Origin: Squalus acanthias
Lineage: Eukaryota
Direction: 5' to 3'
Length of the DNA stretch: 64,000 bases
NCBI GenBank assembly: GCA_030390025.1
Contig: CM059432.1
Location: 98,706,001-98,770,000, forward strand
The position numbers and the translations under genes are program-made. This document shows, one piece after another, positions 62,160 to 64,000 of the stretch. The notes under the pieces were generated by a model. The model searched no databases and was not told the origin of the DNA. It was given only the letters and a program-made list of their open reading frames with translations. Every line of letters begins with the position of its first letter. The first letter of the stretch is position 1.

Positions 62160-64000
62160 AGACCCGCCACGAGACCACCGATCCCGCCCCCCACGATGCC
62201 TCTGATCAGCTTCCCAAGGCCGCCGACCCCTCCTCAAGGCCTCCGATATACCCCGCATGATACCTCCAATCCCCCCCACGAGGCCTCCAATCCCCCCCAC
62301 GAGGCCTCCAATCCCCCCCACGAGGCCTCCAATCCTCCCCACGAGGTCTCCAATCCCCCCCACGAGGCCTCCAATCCCCCCCACGAGGCCTCCAATCCCC
62401 CCCACGAGGCCTCCAATCCCCCCCACGAGGCCTCCAATCCTCCCCACGAGGTCTCCGATCTCCCCACGTGGTCTCCGATTCCCCCACGAGGTCTCCAATC
62501 CCCCCCGCATGATACCTCCAATCCCCGCCACGAGGTCTCCGATCCCCCCACGAGGTCTCCGATCCCCCCACGAGGTCTCCAATCCCCCCCACGAGGTCTC
62601 CGATACCCCCACGAGGTCTCCGATACCCCCACGTGGTCTCCGATCCCCCCCACGAGGTCTCCGATACCCCCACGTGCTCTCCGATCCCCCCCACGTGGTC
62701 TCCGATCCCCCCACGTGGTCTCCGATCCCCCCACGTGGTCTCCGATCCCCCCCACGAGGACTCCGATTCCCCCCACGAGGACTCCAAACCCCCCCACGAG
62801 GTCTCCGAACTCCCCCATGAGGTCTCCAATCACCTTCCAAGGCCTCCGACACCTGCTCGAGGGCTCTTATACCTCCACGAGGCCTCCAATCAATTTCTTG
62901 AGGCCTCCAATCCTCCCCCCGAGGCCTGCGATAACTGCCCACCCCCCGCTCGAGGCCTGCGATCGCCCCCATGAGGCCTCCGATCGCCTTCCCAGACTTC
63001 CCCCTCCAGCCCCGATCCATCCAGCCCCCCGATCATTACACACCCCGATCCATCCACCCGCCGATCCATCCACCCCCCGATCCATCCACCCCCCGATCCA
63101 TCCACCCCCCGATCCATCCACCCCCCGATCCATCCACCCCCCGATCCATCCACCCCCCGATCCATCTACCCCCGATCATTACACCCCCCGATCCATCCAC
63201 CCCCCGATCCATCCACCCCCTGATCCATCCACCCCCCGATCCATCCACCCCCCGATCCATCCACCCCCCGATCCATCCACCCCCCGATCCATCCACCCCC
63301 CGATCCATCCACCCCCCGATCCTTCCACCCCCCGATCCTTCCACCCCCCGATCCATCCACCCCCAATCCATCCAGCCCCAAATCCTCCCACCCCCGATCC
63401 ATCCACCCCCCGATCCATCCACCCCCCGATCCATCTACCCCCGATCATTACACCCCCCGATCCATCCACCCCCCGATCCATCCACCCCCTGATCCATCCA
63501 CCCCCCGATCCATCCACCCCCCGATCCATCCACCCCCCGATCATTACACCCCCCGATCCGCCCACTCCCCGATCCATCCACCCCCCGATCCGCCCACCCC
63601 CCGATCCATCCAGCCCCAAATCCATCCACCCCCCGATCCATCCACCCCACGATCTGCCCACCCCCGATCCATCCACCCCCCGATCCATCCACCCCCCGAT
63701 CCTTCCACCCCCCGATCCTTCCACCCCCCGATCATTACACCCCCCGATCCTTCCACCCCCCGATCATTACACCCCCCGATCCGCCCACCCCCCGATCCAT
63801 CCAGCCCCCGATCCGCCCACCCCCCGATCCATCCACCCCCGATCATTACACCCCCCGATCCATCCACCCCCGATCCATCCACCCCCCGATCCATCCACCC
63901 CACGATCTGCCCACCCCCCGATCCATCCACCCCCCGATCCTTCCACCCCCCGATCCTTCCACCCCCCGATCATTACACCCCCCGATCCTTCCACCCCCCG
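62160..64000. repeat. C-rich compound minisatellite (~21-bp unit to ~62990, then ~16-bp unit) within a Harbinger-like element starting ~61798
   Basis: Units TCCCCCCCACGAGGCCTCCAA and CCCCCCGATCCATCCA; runs off the right edge. Confidence 0.92.

Noticed and set aside
62064..63994. Long Gly/Pro-rich ORFs in several frames
   Set aside because: Artefacts of stop-poor minisatellite units.

Overview
This is repeat-dense eukaryotic DNA, most likely from a cartilaginous fish (inferred from HE1/V-SINE-like and Deu-domain SINEs, abundant CR1/L2 LINEs, PIF/Harbinger elements and a Penelope element). I could not support any host gene. The standout is a very recent 9,265-bp LTR provirus on the minus strand (34500-43764) with near-identical ~1.56-kb LTRs, a GCTG target-site duplication (TSD), a tRNA-Arg(TCG) primer-binding site (PBS) and a polypurine tract (PPT). 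It encodes Gag with a coiled coil, an overlapping PSAP/PPSY late domain and a CCHC knuckle. It has no recognisable pol: the gag stop sits in a UGA-CUAG readthrough context, in frame with a non-enzymatic ORF that occupies the pol position. Its Env has a V-type Ig-like domain in front of a class I fusion protein resembling paramyxovirus/pneumovirus F (lokiretrovirus-like), with a single nonsense codon at codon 3 of the predicted signal peptide. Two diverged solo LTRs of the same family lie at 3088-4695 and 54785-56499. The rest is nested transposon debris, including a near full-length CR1 (esterase ORF1, 15 x 47-bp 5' array), a Penelope end with a minimal hammerhead motif, and a G-rich minisatellite at the right edge. 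Family assignments come from motif recognition, not database searches.
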